A DNA stretch of 60,357 nt from Caldithrix sp. RBG_13_44_9 (GCA_001771055.1 MESS01000079.1:1-60357); one strand, 5' to 3'. Positions 1 through 9,294 are shown, numbered from the stretch's first letter. Notes: generated by a model from the letters alone, not told the origin. Made by a program: numbers and translations.

Positions 1-741
1 CTGGATAGCAGCAATAAGATGATTCAAAAACAGATCGATGATAGACAACAGCAGGCCATTGTCAATGCGGTGGATAAAGGATTGGCGGAACGCAATGCCG
101 AGCTGGTCCAGCAGTATGTGAGCAAGGGACAATTTTATCTGGAGAAAAGTCAGTTTACTGATGCCTTATACAATTTCAATTCTGCCCTACAGTTGGTCCC
201 GGATGATCCGACAATAATACAAGGTATTAATGCTACCAATCGCCGGATGGAGGAAGAGGTGAGAAAACTGGTAGAGCGTGGCAGGGAACAATTCCGGAAT
301 GGCAACTATTCAGATGCCTTGCAAACCTTGAGTGACGCCCTGGTCCTGGCTCCGGAAAATTTGCAACTAAAGGACGAAATAAATACCCTTGCAAATCGTG
401 TAAAAATTCAGCAATATACCACTCAGGCCTTACAAATGTTTGATTCAGGACGCTATGAAGATGCCTTAAAAATGTTTGAAGAAGCCCTGAAAATGGATCC
501 CACCAACCAGGCCCTGAAAAATTATGTGGAACGGACCAAACGCGGAATGGGAGCCGGAGAACAGGTGATGGATCCGGAATCAGAACGCAAATATATCCAG
601 GGCGTGGATTTGTTCCTGGCTGGAAAATATAAAGAAGCGCTGGAGATCTGGAAAGAACTGGAAGCTAAATATCCTTACAGCAAGAAGCTGCAGGATAATA
701 TCCGGAGCGCCGAGGAACGGTTGAAGAGAACCCAACAATAG
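1..741 (+). CDS. TPR-repeat protein, C-terminal part (true start probably upstream of the window)
   Basis: Frame 1 is open from nt 1 with no stop before the ATG at 19. Contains repeated ~34-aa helical units with TPR-like signatures ('GQFYLEKSQFTDALYNFNSALQLVPDD', 'GNYSDALQTLSDALVLAPEN', 'GRYEDALKMFEEALKMDPTN', 'GKYKEALEIWKELEAKYP'). Confidence 0.6.
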   Translation: MDSSNKMIQKQIDDRQQQAIVNAVDKGLAERNAELVQQYVSKGQFYLEKSQFTDALYNFNSALQLVPDDPTIIQGINATNRRMEEEVRKLVERGREQFRNGNYSDALQTLSDALVLAPENLQLKDEINTLANRVKIQQYTTQALQMFDSGRYEDALKMFEEALKMDPTNQALKNYVERTKRGMGAGEQVMDPESERKYIQGVDLFLAGKYKEALEIWKELEAKYPYSKKLQDNIRSAEERLKRTQQ

Positions 742-788
742 GGACAGTTCAGCAGCGAAAAGAAAATATCCGGAAATAATAGTCACCA

Positions 789-3476
789 ATGTTTAAGAAT
801 GTATTAAAAGAAGAAGTCATTATTCCCGCCCAGATGCCCTATCTGCGGCAGGTACGGGATTTTATCGAGCAGATTGGTGCCCGCCACAACTTCGATCATA
901 AAATCATTAACTCTTTCAAGCTGGTAGTGGATGAAGCTTGTACCAATATCATCCGCCATGGTTATCGTGACATTAAAAACGGACAGATCATGGTGCGGGC
1001 TATTGTCCGCCGCATGAGTCTGACCATCGTTATCGTCGACAGCGGCCACAGTTTCGACCCGCGCCAGGTGCAGGATCCCGATCTGGAAAAATATGTCTCC
1101 ATCGGTAAGAAGGGCGGTCTGGGTATCTTCATGATGCGCAAGCTGATGGATGACATTAAGTATAATGTCACCAGCCGCGGAAATGAGTTACGGCTCACCA
1201 AAGTACGGGAAAAGGTCGAACGTACCAGACCCATGGTGTTCTGGGAAGGTCTGACCCTGCGCACAAAATTTTATATCGTTACTTCCATTATTCTCACTGT
1301 CCTGGTTTTTGGATCTTTTATTTTTTTCAACTCCCGTATCCTCTCTAATGTCACTTCCCAGGTATATCTGGATGGTCAGGCCTTTAGCTCTAACCTGGCT
1401 AAAATATCCTGGGAACCGTATATCGCCTCCAAAGATATTACTCTGTTCGAAAATGCCAAGTCGGTCAAGGAAAACAATCCTGAAATGATCTCCCTGGTAT
1501 TGATTACTGATACTGCTTCCAGACCCCTGGCTACCTTTCCGGTGAAGGTTGATATGTTAGGTAAACCCCTGGAGATCCCTGCTAAGCAATTTTTAGACAC
1601 CCTGGATGCAACCCTGGTTTATCAATACACTTTTAATAAGGACAGCGTGATCTATGCTTTCGTCCATCCTATTTCTTTGACAGGAATTAACGATACCCCC
1701 ATCGGTTATGCCCAGGTATGGGCCAATCAAAAATATATCGAACGGAAAACGAAGCTTTCCCGGATCAATTTGGTCGCGGTGCTTTTCATCATTCTGATCG
1801 TGGGAAATGTGGGTGCCTTCGTGCTGATCACCCGCATCATGGATCCCTTTCATAAACTGGCCGGCTGGGTGCGCGAGGTGGGTCATGGCACCGTGGATGA
1901 AGATGAACTCGATATCGATGCCAGCGATGAGCTGGGTGAGATCGCCCAGGCTTTCAATGAAATGACCACCAAATTCCGGGAAGCCCAGACCAATATGATG
2001 GAGCAGCAGCGGATCCAGCGGGAATTACAGGTGGCGCAGGAAATTCAACAAATGCTGCTGCCCAGCGACTTCCCCAATGTGGTGGGTTATGATATCACCT
2101 CTTACTACCAGGCCGCCAAAGAAGTAGGCGGAGATTTGTTCGATTTCGTGGAGGTGGATGAGCATACCACTGGCATCTGTGTGGCCGATGTTTCCGGGAA
2201 GGGTGTTCCCGGTTCAATGGTAATGACCATGATCCGTACCGCTCTCCGTCTGGAAGCCCGCGGCAATAAAAATCCCGCTGAAGTTCTGTCCAAGGTCAAT
2301 GAATTTGTCACCGATGATATCCGTAAGGGAATGTTTGTCACTGCCTTCTATATTATCCTGGACTCTCGTGAACGGATGATTTCTTTTTCCAGCGCTGGTC
2401 ATAATCCCATGATTTTGTACCGCGGAAAATCCAAAGAAACCTATTACCTGAATCCGCCCGGATTCCCGGTCGGTATTACTCTTCCCGATATCCATCTGTT
2501 CAGTAATACCATCAAGGCGGATCGCATCCGGCTTCACCCCGATGATATCCTGATTGTCTATACCGATGGTATCACTGAAGCGATGAATCATAAGCGGGAA
2601 ATGTTTGGTGATGAAAGATTCCTGGAGGCCATCCGCAAGTATGGTACATTGGATGTTATTGAGTTTGTCAATAATCTCAAGCAGGAACTGCAGAATTTTA
2701 CCGGCGGATATGAACAGACTGATGATATCACCCTGGTTGCTATCAAAGAAAATATGGAAGCCGTGGATGTCAAAATAGACATGTTTAAGAATCTCTTTGA
2801 ACTGGCCGGTAAGAATGATGTGACCATCCTGCAGGCCTGCAAGGAAATGGATGTTTCTCCTTCCACCTATTACAAATATAAGAAGATCTATGATGAAGGC
2901 GGATATGAGTATCTGCGGGAAATGCTGCATGGTTATACCAATGTGGGCCTGCGTCATATGAGTGTGGAGGTCAAGACTAAACTATATGATATTATCCGCG
3001 AACATCCGGACTTCGGACCGAAACGGATCAGTGATGAGTTGAATACCGAGAAGTACGGATATGTGGAAGTTCTTCCCCGCCTGATTTATGAAGAGCTCAA
3101 GCGTGCCAAACTCAACTTGCAGCGTCAACGGGAAAAATTTGTACAGCGGGGGGGCAAGCGCCGCCTCAAACCCCCGGGAACACCGCTATTGACCCTGGAT
3201 GGCGAAGTGATGGTGGGATTTCGCTCCGATGAGCAGGAGGTGGCACCAAATATCTTTAACATTGCCACTCCGATATTTCCAGGAAAGGCCAAAGAAATTC
3301 TTTTATCGAAAAAAAGTAGCCGCAAGGAAAAAAGTGCATCAATATCTTCTGATGATCAGGACCTCGAGCCGCTGGATACCGGCCCTGCGCCTGATGTAAA
3401 AATTTCTTCAGATGAGAATAAAGCTGACGATAATGTAAATATTATTTCTGAAGAGACTGATAAAAAGGAAAGATAG
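789..3476 (+). CDS. Multidomain membrane sensor: N-terminal RsbW/SpoIIAB-type serine kinase (HATPase_c), 2 TM helices around a periplasmic segment, HAMP, PP2C/SpoIIE phosphatase, C-terminal transposase-like HTH pair, low-complexity tail
   Basis: Kinase boxes 'VVDEACTNIIRHGY', 'DSGHSFD', 'KKGGLGIFMMRKL'. Hydrophobic helices 'FYIVTSIILTVLVFGSFIFF' and 'LVAVLFIILIVGNVGAFVLI'. HAMP-like 'ELGEIAQAFNEMTTKF'. PP2C motifs 'EVGGDLFDF', 'VADVSGKGVPGS', 'VYTDGITEA', 'QTDDITLVAIK'. HTH-like 'TILQACKEMDVSPSTYYKYKKIY'. K/S/D-rich tail. Confidence 0.8.
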   Translation: MFKNVLKEEVIIPAQMPYLRQVRDFIEQIGARHNFDHKIINSFKLVVDEACTNIIRHGYRDIKNGQIMVRAIVRRMSLTIVIVDSGHSFDPRQVQDPDLEKYVSIGKKGGLGIFMMRKLMDDIKYNVTSRGNELRLTKVREKVERTRPMVFWEGLTLRTKFYIVTSIILTVLVFGSFIFFNSRILSNVTSQVYLDGQAFSSNLAKISWEPYIASKDITLFENAKSVKENNPEMISLVLITDTASRPLATFPVKVDMLGKPLEIPAKQFLDTLDATLVYQYTFNKDSVIYAFVHPISLTGINDTPIGYAQVWANQKYIERKTKLSRINLVAVLFIILIVGNVGAFVLITRIMDPFHKLAGWVREVGHGTVDEDELDIDASDELGEIAQAFNEMTTKFREAQTNMMEQQRIQRELQVAQEIQQMLLPSDFPNVVGYDITSYYQAAKEVGGDLFDFVEVDEHTTGICVADVSGKGVPGSMVMTMIRTALRLEARGNKNPAEVLSKVNEFVTDDIRKGMFVTAFYIILDSRERMISFSSAGHNPMILYRGKSKETYYLNPPGFPVGITLPDIHLFSNTIKADRIRLHPDDILIVYTDGITEAMNHKREMFGDERFLEAIRKYGTLDVIEFVNNLKQELQNFTGGYEQTDDITLVAIKENMEAVDVKIDMFKNLFELAGKNDVTILQACKEMDVSPSTYYKYKKIYDEGGYEYLREMLHGYTNVGLRHMSVEVKTKLYDIIREHPDFGPKRISDELNTEKYGYVEVLPRLIYEELKRAKLNLQRQREKFVQRGGKRRLKPPGTPLLTLDGEVMVGFRSDEQEVAPNIFNIATPIFPGKAKEILLSKKSSRKEKSASISSDDQDLEPLDTGPAPDVKISSDENKADDNVNIISEETDKKER

Positions 3477-3556
3477 TTGTTATATTTGGATCAGAATTTT
3501 AATTTCGTACTCATAATAAATAATCACAATCTCCTGGAATAAGCTGGAGGATATAA

Positions 3557-4312
3557 ATGGAAGGCATTCAGGTATCTACCGAAGTAAGAGGCAGTCAAAA
3601 TCAAGTTTCCATCATCAAGGTGGGTGGATTTATTGATACGACCACTTCCTCTGAAGTTGAGCGAACCTTACATAATTTATTAAAACAGAATCGCTATAAT
3701 ATTATTATTGATCTGGGTAATGTAGATTACATCAGTTCAGCCGGTTGGGGTATCTTTATCAGTGAAATTAAATCGATTCGTGAGCAGACCGGTGATTTGA
3801 AATTGGTCCGCATGATTCCGGACGTTTATGAGATATTTGAATTACTGGAATTCCATCATATCCTGGATGTGTATGATACGGTGGATGAAGCCGTGAAGCG
3901 GTTTGAGGATAATGTCCTGCGGCCCACTGCCGCTACGGTAGCCCGGGAATTTGACGAAGTGCGCCGCACTCCGGTTGGTACTGCCGGCCCCGCCGGGACC
4001 TTTACCCAGAGGCGTCCGGTTTTTCAGACTGAACCGGAAGAAGAAGAGCCGGAGCTTGCTGAGAAAGTAGAGTCCAGACAACAACCTAAAGAACCAGTAG
4101 GTGGCGCAGCGAAAATTGAGGATAAAATTAAAAATATCATATCCCGCAATCCGGATCTGAGCGCCTATAAAATTAAAAAAGTATTAAACAGCAGTAAATT
4201 CGGTTATACCAGGGTGGGTTGGTTCAGCATTCGCTCTATATTAAAAGATATGGGTCTGGGTAGCCGCAAAAGCCGGAAAGAATTTGCCCAGAAACAGGCA
4301 AAAACCGCTTAA
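3557..4312 (+). CDS. STAS-domain anti-sigma-factor-antagonist-like protein (RsbV/SpoIIAA family) with a C-terminal HTH-like extension
   Basis: GGAGGA Shine-Dalgarno sequence 6 nt upstream of the ATG. STAS core 'IIIDLGNVDYISSAGWGIFIS' has the conserved phospho-serine context. aa 184-243 resemble aa 725-784 of the upstream sensor. Confidence 0.8.
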   Translation: MEGIQVSTEVRGSQNQVSIIKVGGFIDTTTSSEVERTLHNLLKQNRYNIIIDLGNVDYISSAGWGIFISEIKSIREQTGDLKLVRMIPDVYEIFELLEFHHILDVYDTVDEAVKRFEDNVLRPTAATVAREFDEVRRTPVGTAGPAGTFTQRRPVFQTEPEEEEPELAEKVESRQQPKEPVGGAAKIEDKIKNIISRNPDLSAYKIKKVLNSSKFGYTRVGWFSIRSILKDMGLGSRKSRKEFAQKQAKTA

Positions 4313-4340
4313 GAATTTACTAAGGGTAACTGTAATATCT

Positions 4341-4841
4341 ATGGGAGTAATTGAAGTTTTTTTTGTCGTCATCTGTGCTTTTAGCCTGGTTTCGAATTTT
4401 TTGAGTATACCGGGAAATTTCATTGTTTTCCTGAATACCACCTGGTATGGAGTAGTTACCAGTTTTAATGAATTTTCCTTTGGATTTTTACTCACCATCT
4501 TTGCCATTGCAGTTGGAGTGGAATTACTGGAATATTTAATCATTGCCTTTGGTGCCCGTAAATATGGTGCCTCTCGCTGGGGAGTTATCGGTGCCATCAT
4601 CGGGGGAATTGGCGGAAGCATCAGCGGTTTTTTCTTCAGTCCGGTTATGGGAGCAGTGGTGGGCGGATTGATTGGGGTGATTGTCGGTACCGTTAGTATT
4701 GAACTTCTACGGGGAAAAAATATCCGCCAGGCTTCCTATGCTGCTCTGGGAGCTCTGCTGGGAAGAGTCGGCGGACTCTCCATCAAAGCAATCGGATCAG
4801 TCACCATGGTGGTGATTGTAGCCAACAAACTCTTTTTCTAA
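4341..4841 (+). CDS. DUF456-family small membrane protein
   Basis: Gly-rich multi-TM protein with 'ELLEYLIIAFGARKYGASRWGVIGAIIGGIGG', typical of DUF456 as I remember it. The ATG at 4341 is preferred over the track start at 4284, which overlaps the STAS gene. Confidence 0.55.
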   Translation: MGVIEVFFVVICAFSLVSNFLSIPGNFIVFLNTTWYGVVTSFNEFSFGFLLTIFAIAVGVELLEYLIIAFGARKYGASRWGVIGAIIGGIGGSISGFFFSPVMGAVVGGLIGVIVGTVSIELLRGKNIRQASYAALGALLGRVGGLSIKAIGSVTMVVIVANKLFF

Positions 4842-5042
4842 ACTAGATCTCCATTCATATTTAAGTGGTCTTCCTCGCTGGATCATTACCTCATCCCTGC
4901 TATTCCAGTTTTCCATTGATATTGACCAAGGTTGTCCAATAATTGTTATTGGATTCCTCTGGTAGCTGAGCTAAATTTTTTGCGGGTGAATCTTTTAGGT
5001 ACTTTAAGTGTAAGAATGATCAGCGGAATCAAGAGCCTGGAA

Positions 5043-5696
5043 ATGAAAACTAAATTGTGGTGGATGGTATTACTATCATTTTACAGCCTGCTGTATAGCC
5101 AGCAGGAAATCACGGTGGCCCGTATCAAATACAAAGGTGGTGGTGACTGGTACGGTAATCGCACGACTTTTGTTAACCTGTTTCACTATATGCGGCAGAA
5201 TACCAATATTCAAACCAGTGAGCGGGAGGCAACCGTAGAGATAATGGATCGGGATTTCTTCCGCTATCCTGTTGCCTATATCGCCGGGCACGGTAATATC
5301 AAATTCAACGAAGAAGAGGTAACTCGTCTGCGGAAATATCTGATCTGCGGCGGTTTTCTCTGGGCCGATGATGATTATGGAATGGATTTTTCTCTGCGGC
5401 GGGAAATGAAACGGGTATTTCCGGAATTGGAATGGATGGAATTACCATTTTCCCATTCCATCTACCACATCCTTTATCAGTTTCCCAATGGATTACCCAA
5501 AGTCCATAAACACGATGGCGGTCCTCCTGGTGGATTTGCTCTGTTCTATGAGGGCCGGATGATTGCCTTCTATTCCTGGAATACTGATATCAGTGATGGG
5601 TGTGAGGATCCTGATGTCCATGGCGATCCTCCGGAGATCCGGCAAAGCGCACTGCAAATGGGAACAAACATTTTACTGTGGATTTTAACTAACTGA
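5043..5696 (+). CDS. DUF4159-like secreted/periplasmic protein
   Basis: The ATG at 5043 gives the signal-peptide-like N-terminus 'MKTKLWWMVLLSFYSLLYSQQ'; the track start at 4932 is a TTG with a non-signal-like extension. Motifs 'ARIKYKGGGDWY', 'FFRYPVAYIAGHGNIKF', 'GGFLWADDDYG' match my memory of DUF4159. Confidence 0.55.
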   Translation: MKTKLWWMVLLSFYSLLYSQQEITVARIKYKGGGDWYGNRTTFVNLFHYMRQNTNIQTSEREATVEIMDRDFFRYPVAYIAGHGNIKFNEEEVTRLRKYLICGGFLWADDDYGMDFSLRREMKRVFPELEWMELPFSHSIYHILYQFPNGLPKVHKHDGGPPGGFALFYEGRMIAFYSWNTDISDGCEDPDVHGDPPEIRQSALQMGTNILLWILTN

Positions 5697-5782
5697 CTTT
5701 TTTTGCAGAAATACTGAAAGATCTTATAGAAACTTTTTTCCTTGAGCTTTAAAATTGGAATAAAACTGTTGTTAAAATATTT

Positions 5783-8700
5783 ATGACCATACCTTATCTT
5801 GAACAACAATATTTCTCGGTTATCCGGCGAATCCTTCGCACTCATCGACGGTACAATGCCTATAAAATCATTAATTTATTCCTGAAATATATCCTGATTC
5901 TCTCGCTGTATCTGGCATTCCTGCTGCTGATCAATCTATTATTTTCTGTCACCCCGATAGTGCGGTTGTCTTCTTTTACTCTCTTTCTGGCCGGCTCGGC
6001 GATTTTTTTTATTTTAAAAGTTTATCCGGCGCTGAAAGAGATATTTGATCCAACCCAACTGAAGATATTTCTGAGTGCCCGGGAAGTGGGAAATACCGAT
6101 CCGGCAATTCGGGATGCCGTAATCAATTACTTGCAAATATTTCATGATAAGGGAAGTTCGGGCTCAGCGGTCATAAAAAAAATGGCGCTGGAACAGCTAT
6201 ATCAACGAATCACCGGATTTTCCTTTGCCGATCAACGGCTGCCAAGATCTATTGTCCCTCAATTACGGTTGGTACTGCTGCCATTTGTACTCTTGGTGGT
6301 GGTCTATTTTCTTTTTCCGGCTTCGATTGGAACCGCCTTGCAGAAAATTATTCTGCCCTGGAAAAATTTTATCAATCCTTTCCCGGTAACAGTCCATAAT
6401 GACTCCGGTTTTTTGAAAGTGCTTAAAAATGAAGCAGTTACTCTTTCCGGTTCTTCACGCGGAGTAATACCCGACCAACTATTCCTCGTTATTGAGGAAA
6501 TGGCGGTGGATGATTTTGCTGAGCGGGAGAAGAAAGTAAATAAAATTAACCTTTCGACCGCAGCTTCTGGACATTTTTCTTACCAGATAGCTCATGTGAC
6601 AGGTTCTTTTGATTATTATTTTTTGGCAGAATTGAATCAAGCAAAATTCCGAAATAAAAGTGCGGTGTCAGAAAAAGCCCGGGTGGAGGTGCAGGAAAGG
6701 CCCCTCCTTCGTGCCATGCAGATTAAGATTATTCCACCCGCTTACACTGGTTTGAAGCCGGTTCTGCTGGACCCCAACCAGGGGGAAATTACCGCCCTGG
6801 ACGGCAGCCAGGTTTTTTTATCGTTGGAATCGGATAAACAGCTTTCCTCTGCGGTGGCGGTTTTTTCTGATTCGACCAAACTGTCCCTGAAAGTAAGCGG
6901 ACATACTGCCAATCTCTCATTTTCGGTCCATAAAAATCTGAATTACTATATTCTGCTCAGTGACGAAGAATCTATTACCAATGCTGATCCGGTAATCTAT
7001 GGTATTTATCTGTTACCCGATGAAATGCCATATGCCGAATTTAAACTGCCGGCTGCCGATGTCGATCTGCAGGATAATCTGAATCTGCCGGTGTTGATAG
7101 AGCTGCAGGATGATTTTGGTTTTTCCAAATTATGGATAAAGGGAAAGATTTTTCGCCAGGGATCAGCAGGTGATAGTGCTGACTTCGAAATGGAAGTCCC
7201 GTTTCAATTGCAGGAAAAGGGGCGGGCGGTCAGTGAATTCAACTGGGATTTGACACCTTTCTATCTGATCCCGGATGATTATATCCAGTATCATGCCCAG
7301 GTGTTCGATAATGACCGGGTAAGCGGACCCAAATCATTCACCACACCTACTTTTACTATCCGCCTGCCTTCGTTACTGGAAATCTTGACCCGCAGTGAAA
7401 GTGCCCAGGAAGAACAGCTGGAGAAGTTGGAGGATGTTGCCAGAGAATCGGAAGATTTAAAGGAGAAACTGGAAGAGATAAACCGGGAATTGAAAAAAGA
7501 GACTCAGTTGAATTGGGAACAGCAGCAGGAAATAAAAAAGCAGCTGGATCGTCAGCAGGAAATTTCGGAAAAGTTATTACAGATTCAAAAAGATATGGAG
7601 TCTCTGGTTCAGGAGATGGGACAAAAAGATTTTTTGAGCAAGGAAACGCTGGAAAAATATTTTGAACTGCAAAAAATGTTTCAGGAATTGGCCCCTCCGG
7701 AAATTCAGGAAGCTATGAAAAATTTACAGCAGGCTCTGGAAAAACTGGATATGGCCCAACTGCAGAAAGCGATGGAGCAATTTCAATTTTCGGCAGAACA
7801 ATTTGAAAATAATATTGAAAGATTATTTGAATTATTCAAACAGTTGCAATTGGAACAGCAGATGGATCAATTGGTCAAATTGGCTGAACAACTGACTCAG
7901 GATCAGTCTCAGGTGAATGAGAAAGTCGAGGAGCAGAACTTAAGTGATGATAATTTCCAGCGGTTGGAAAAGATGGAAGAAAATATTACTCAGAATTACG
8001 ATTTTCTGACAGAAAAATTGGAGCAGACCGCTGAAGATTATGAAAGTATGATGGACCAGCGTTCGGAGATGCTGGATCAGACCGGCAGCTTTATGGAATC
8101 GCAGGAAATGCAGTCGCAGCTTAAGGAAATGCAGCAGCTCCTGGAAGGGAAGATGCAATCCTCTGCATCTGAACAGGGTCAAAATCTGAAAAGCAATTTT
8201 GAAATGATTCAAAGCATGCTGCAAAAGGCCAAGCAGGATATGCTGCAGGCTCAGAAGAATGAGGTTACCGCCGAGATGCAGAAAGTGATGCAGGATATGC
8301 TCAGTACCTCCTTTGCCCAGGAAAATCTTTCTCTACGGGCAGAAAATTTAAATCCGGCTTCACCTCAGATTAATGATATTGCCAGACAACAGGCGCGCTT
8401 GATTGGCAATACTGGACAGATAATATCCCAGGTAATGGAAATATCTCACAAAACCTTTTTTCTGCCTTCCGACCTCAGTCAGAGCATGTCTAAGGTTTTA
8501 TCAAGTATGAGCGAAGCTGTTTCTCAGCTGGAGAACAGGAATCCACGCCAGGCTTCAGGCCAGCAGAAAAATGCCATGGCCGGTCTGAACCAATCTCTCC
8601 TGTCCATGCAGAGCAGCATGGATCAGTTGTCCCAATCGTCCTCTGCTTCCGGAATGGAACAATTCCTGGAACAGCTGCAGAAAATGTCCGGAATGCAGGG

Positions 8701-9208
8701 GCAGTTAAATCAGGAAAGCATGTCCTTATTTCAGGCCGGTCAGCAAGGCCGGATCCAGTTATCAGCCGATGATTTGGCACGCTTGGCTGCCCAGCAGGGA
8801 ATGATTAAAAATTCTCTTGAACAGCTTTCCGACGAAGCCGGCTCCAGACGTGATGTTCTTGGCCGGATGGACGAGCTGGGTGAAGAAATGGAGGAGGTGA
8901 TCCGGCAGCTGCAGGCCCAGAATATGGACCGCAAGGTTATTGAAAGACAGGAAAGAATACTTTCCCGGCTGCTGGACGCCCAGAAATCGGTGCGGGAGAA
9001 AGAGTATTCAAAGAAAAGGGAGGCCGAACGGGAAAAGATCCAGCTGGTTAAGTCGCCCCCGGAATTAAAAAAAGAGTGGATTCTAAAAGAAGATCGTCTC
9101 CGTAAAGAGCTCATGAATGCTCTGGAAGAGGGCTACTCTGCAGAATATCGTGAGTTTATTAAATCTTATTTTGAATTCCTTTCCCGGCAGCCCAATATCA
9201 CTCAATGA
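5783..9208 (+). CDS. Very large (1141 aa) membrane-anchored coiled-coil protein, DUF4175-like
   Basis: N-terminal hydrophobic helices ('ILILSLYLAFLLLINLLF', 'FTLFLAGSAIFFILKV', 'LVLLPFVLLVVVYFLF'), a central beta-rich region, then a ~550-aa Q/E/K/M-rich heptad-like region (about nt 7385-9050). The family name is from memory of typical DUF4159/DUF4175 gene pairs. Confidence 0.5.
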   Translation: MTIPYLEQQYFSVIRRILRTHRRYNAYKIINLFLKYILILSLYLAFLLLINLLFSVTPIVRLSSFTLFLAGSAIFFILKVYPALKEIFDPTQLKIFLSAREVGNTDPAIRDAVINYLQIFHDKGSSGSAVIKKMALEQLYQRITGFSFADQRLPRSIVPQLRLVLLPFVLLVVVYFLFPASIGTALQKIILPWKNFINPFPVTVHNDSGFLKVLKNEAVTLSGSSRGVIPDQLFLVIEEMAVDDFAEREKKVNKINLSTAASGHFSYQIAHVTGSFDYYFLAELNQAKFRNKSAVSEKARVEVQERPLLRAMQIKIIPPAYTGLKPVLLDPNQGEITALDGSQVFLSLESDKQLSSAVAVFSDSTKLSLKVSGHTANLSFSVHKNLNYYILLSDEESITNADPVIYGIYLLPDEMPYAEFKLPAADVDLQDNLNLPVLIELQDDFGFSKLWIKGKIFRQGSAGDSADFEMEVPFQLQEKGRAVSEFNWDLTPFYLIPDDYIQYHAQVFDNDRVSGPKSFTTPTFTIRLPSLLEILTRSESAQEEQLEKLEDVARESEDLKEKLEEINRELKKETQLNWEQQQEIKKQLDRQQEISEKLLQIQKDMESLVQEMGQKDFLSKETLEKYFELQKMFQELAPPEIQEAMKNLQQALEKLDMAQLQKAMEQFQFSAEQFENNIERLFELFKQLQLEQQMDQLVKLAEQLTQDQSQVNEKVEEQNLSDDNFQRLEKMEENITQNYDFLTEKLEQTAEDYESMMDQRSEMLDQTGSFMESQEMQSQLKEMQQLLEGKMQSSASEQGQNLKSNFEMIQSMLQKAKQDMLQAQKNEVTAEMQKVMQDMLSTSFAQENLSLRAENLNPASPQINDIARQQARLIGNTGQIISQVMEISHKTFFLPSDLSQSMSKVLSSMSEAVSQLENRNPRQASGQQKNAMAGLNQSLLSMQSSMDQLSQSSSASGMEQFLEQLQKMSGMQGQLNQESMSLFQAGQQGRIQLSADDLARLAAQQGMIKNSLEQLSDEAGSRRDVLGRMDELGEEMEEVIRQLQAQNMDRKVIERQERILSRLLDAQKSVREKEYSKKREAEREKIQLVKSPPELKKEWILKEDRLRKELMNALEEGYSAEYREFIKSYFEFLSRQPNITQ

Positions 9209-9294
9209 ACCATCCAGTTCCCGAAAATCAGCTCTTGGCTTTATCCGGAAATGGTCGTAATTTTTACTCTGATTGCTAAAGAACATGGTTTCCA

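Noticed and set aside
2214-2957. 247-aa ORF on the minus strand inside the sensor gene, together with the other antisense ORFs listed between 804 and 3325.
   Set aside because: These ORFs lie opposite a region with strong PP2C motifs on the plus strand. They have no recognisable motif and their composition is typical of antisense shadow frames.
2800-3140. Transposase-like HTH sequence ('DVSPSTYYKYKKIY...') as a remnant of an insertion sequence.
   Set aside because: It is in frame within, and continuous with, the sensor protein. No DDE/integrase domain follows and no flanking inverted repeats are visible. A related module is present in the neighbouring STAS gene. I therefore interpret it as a domesticated protein domain rather than a mobile element.
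4284-4340. N-terminal extension of the DUF456 gene, overlapping the 3' end of the STAS gene.
   Set aside because: The 19 extra residues ('MPRNRQKPLKNLLRVTVIS') precede the first TM helix and overlap the STAS coding sequence by 29 nt. The ATG at 4341 gives a typical DUF456 start.
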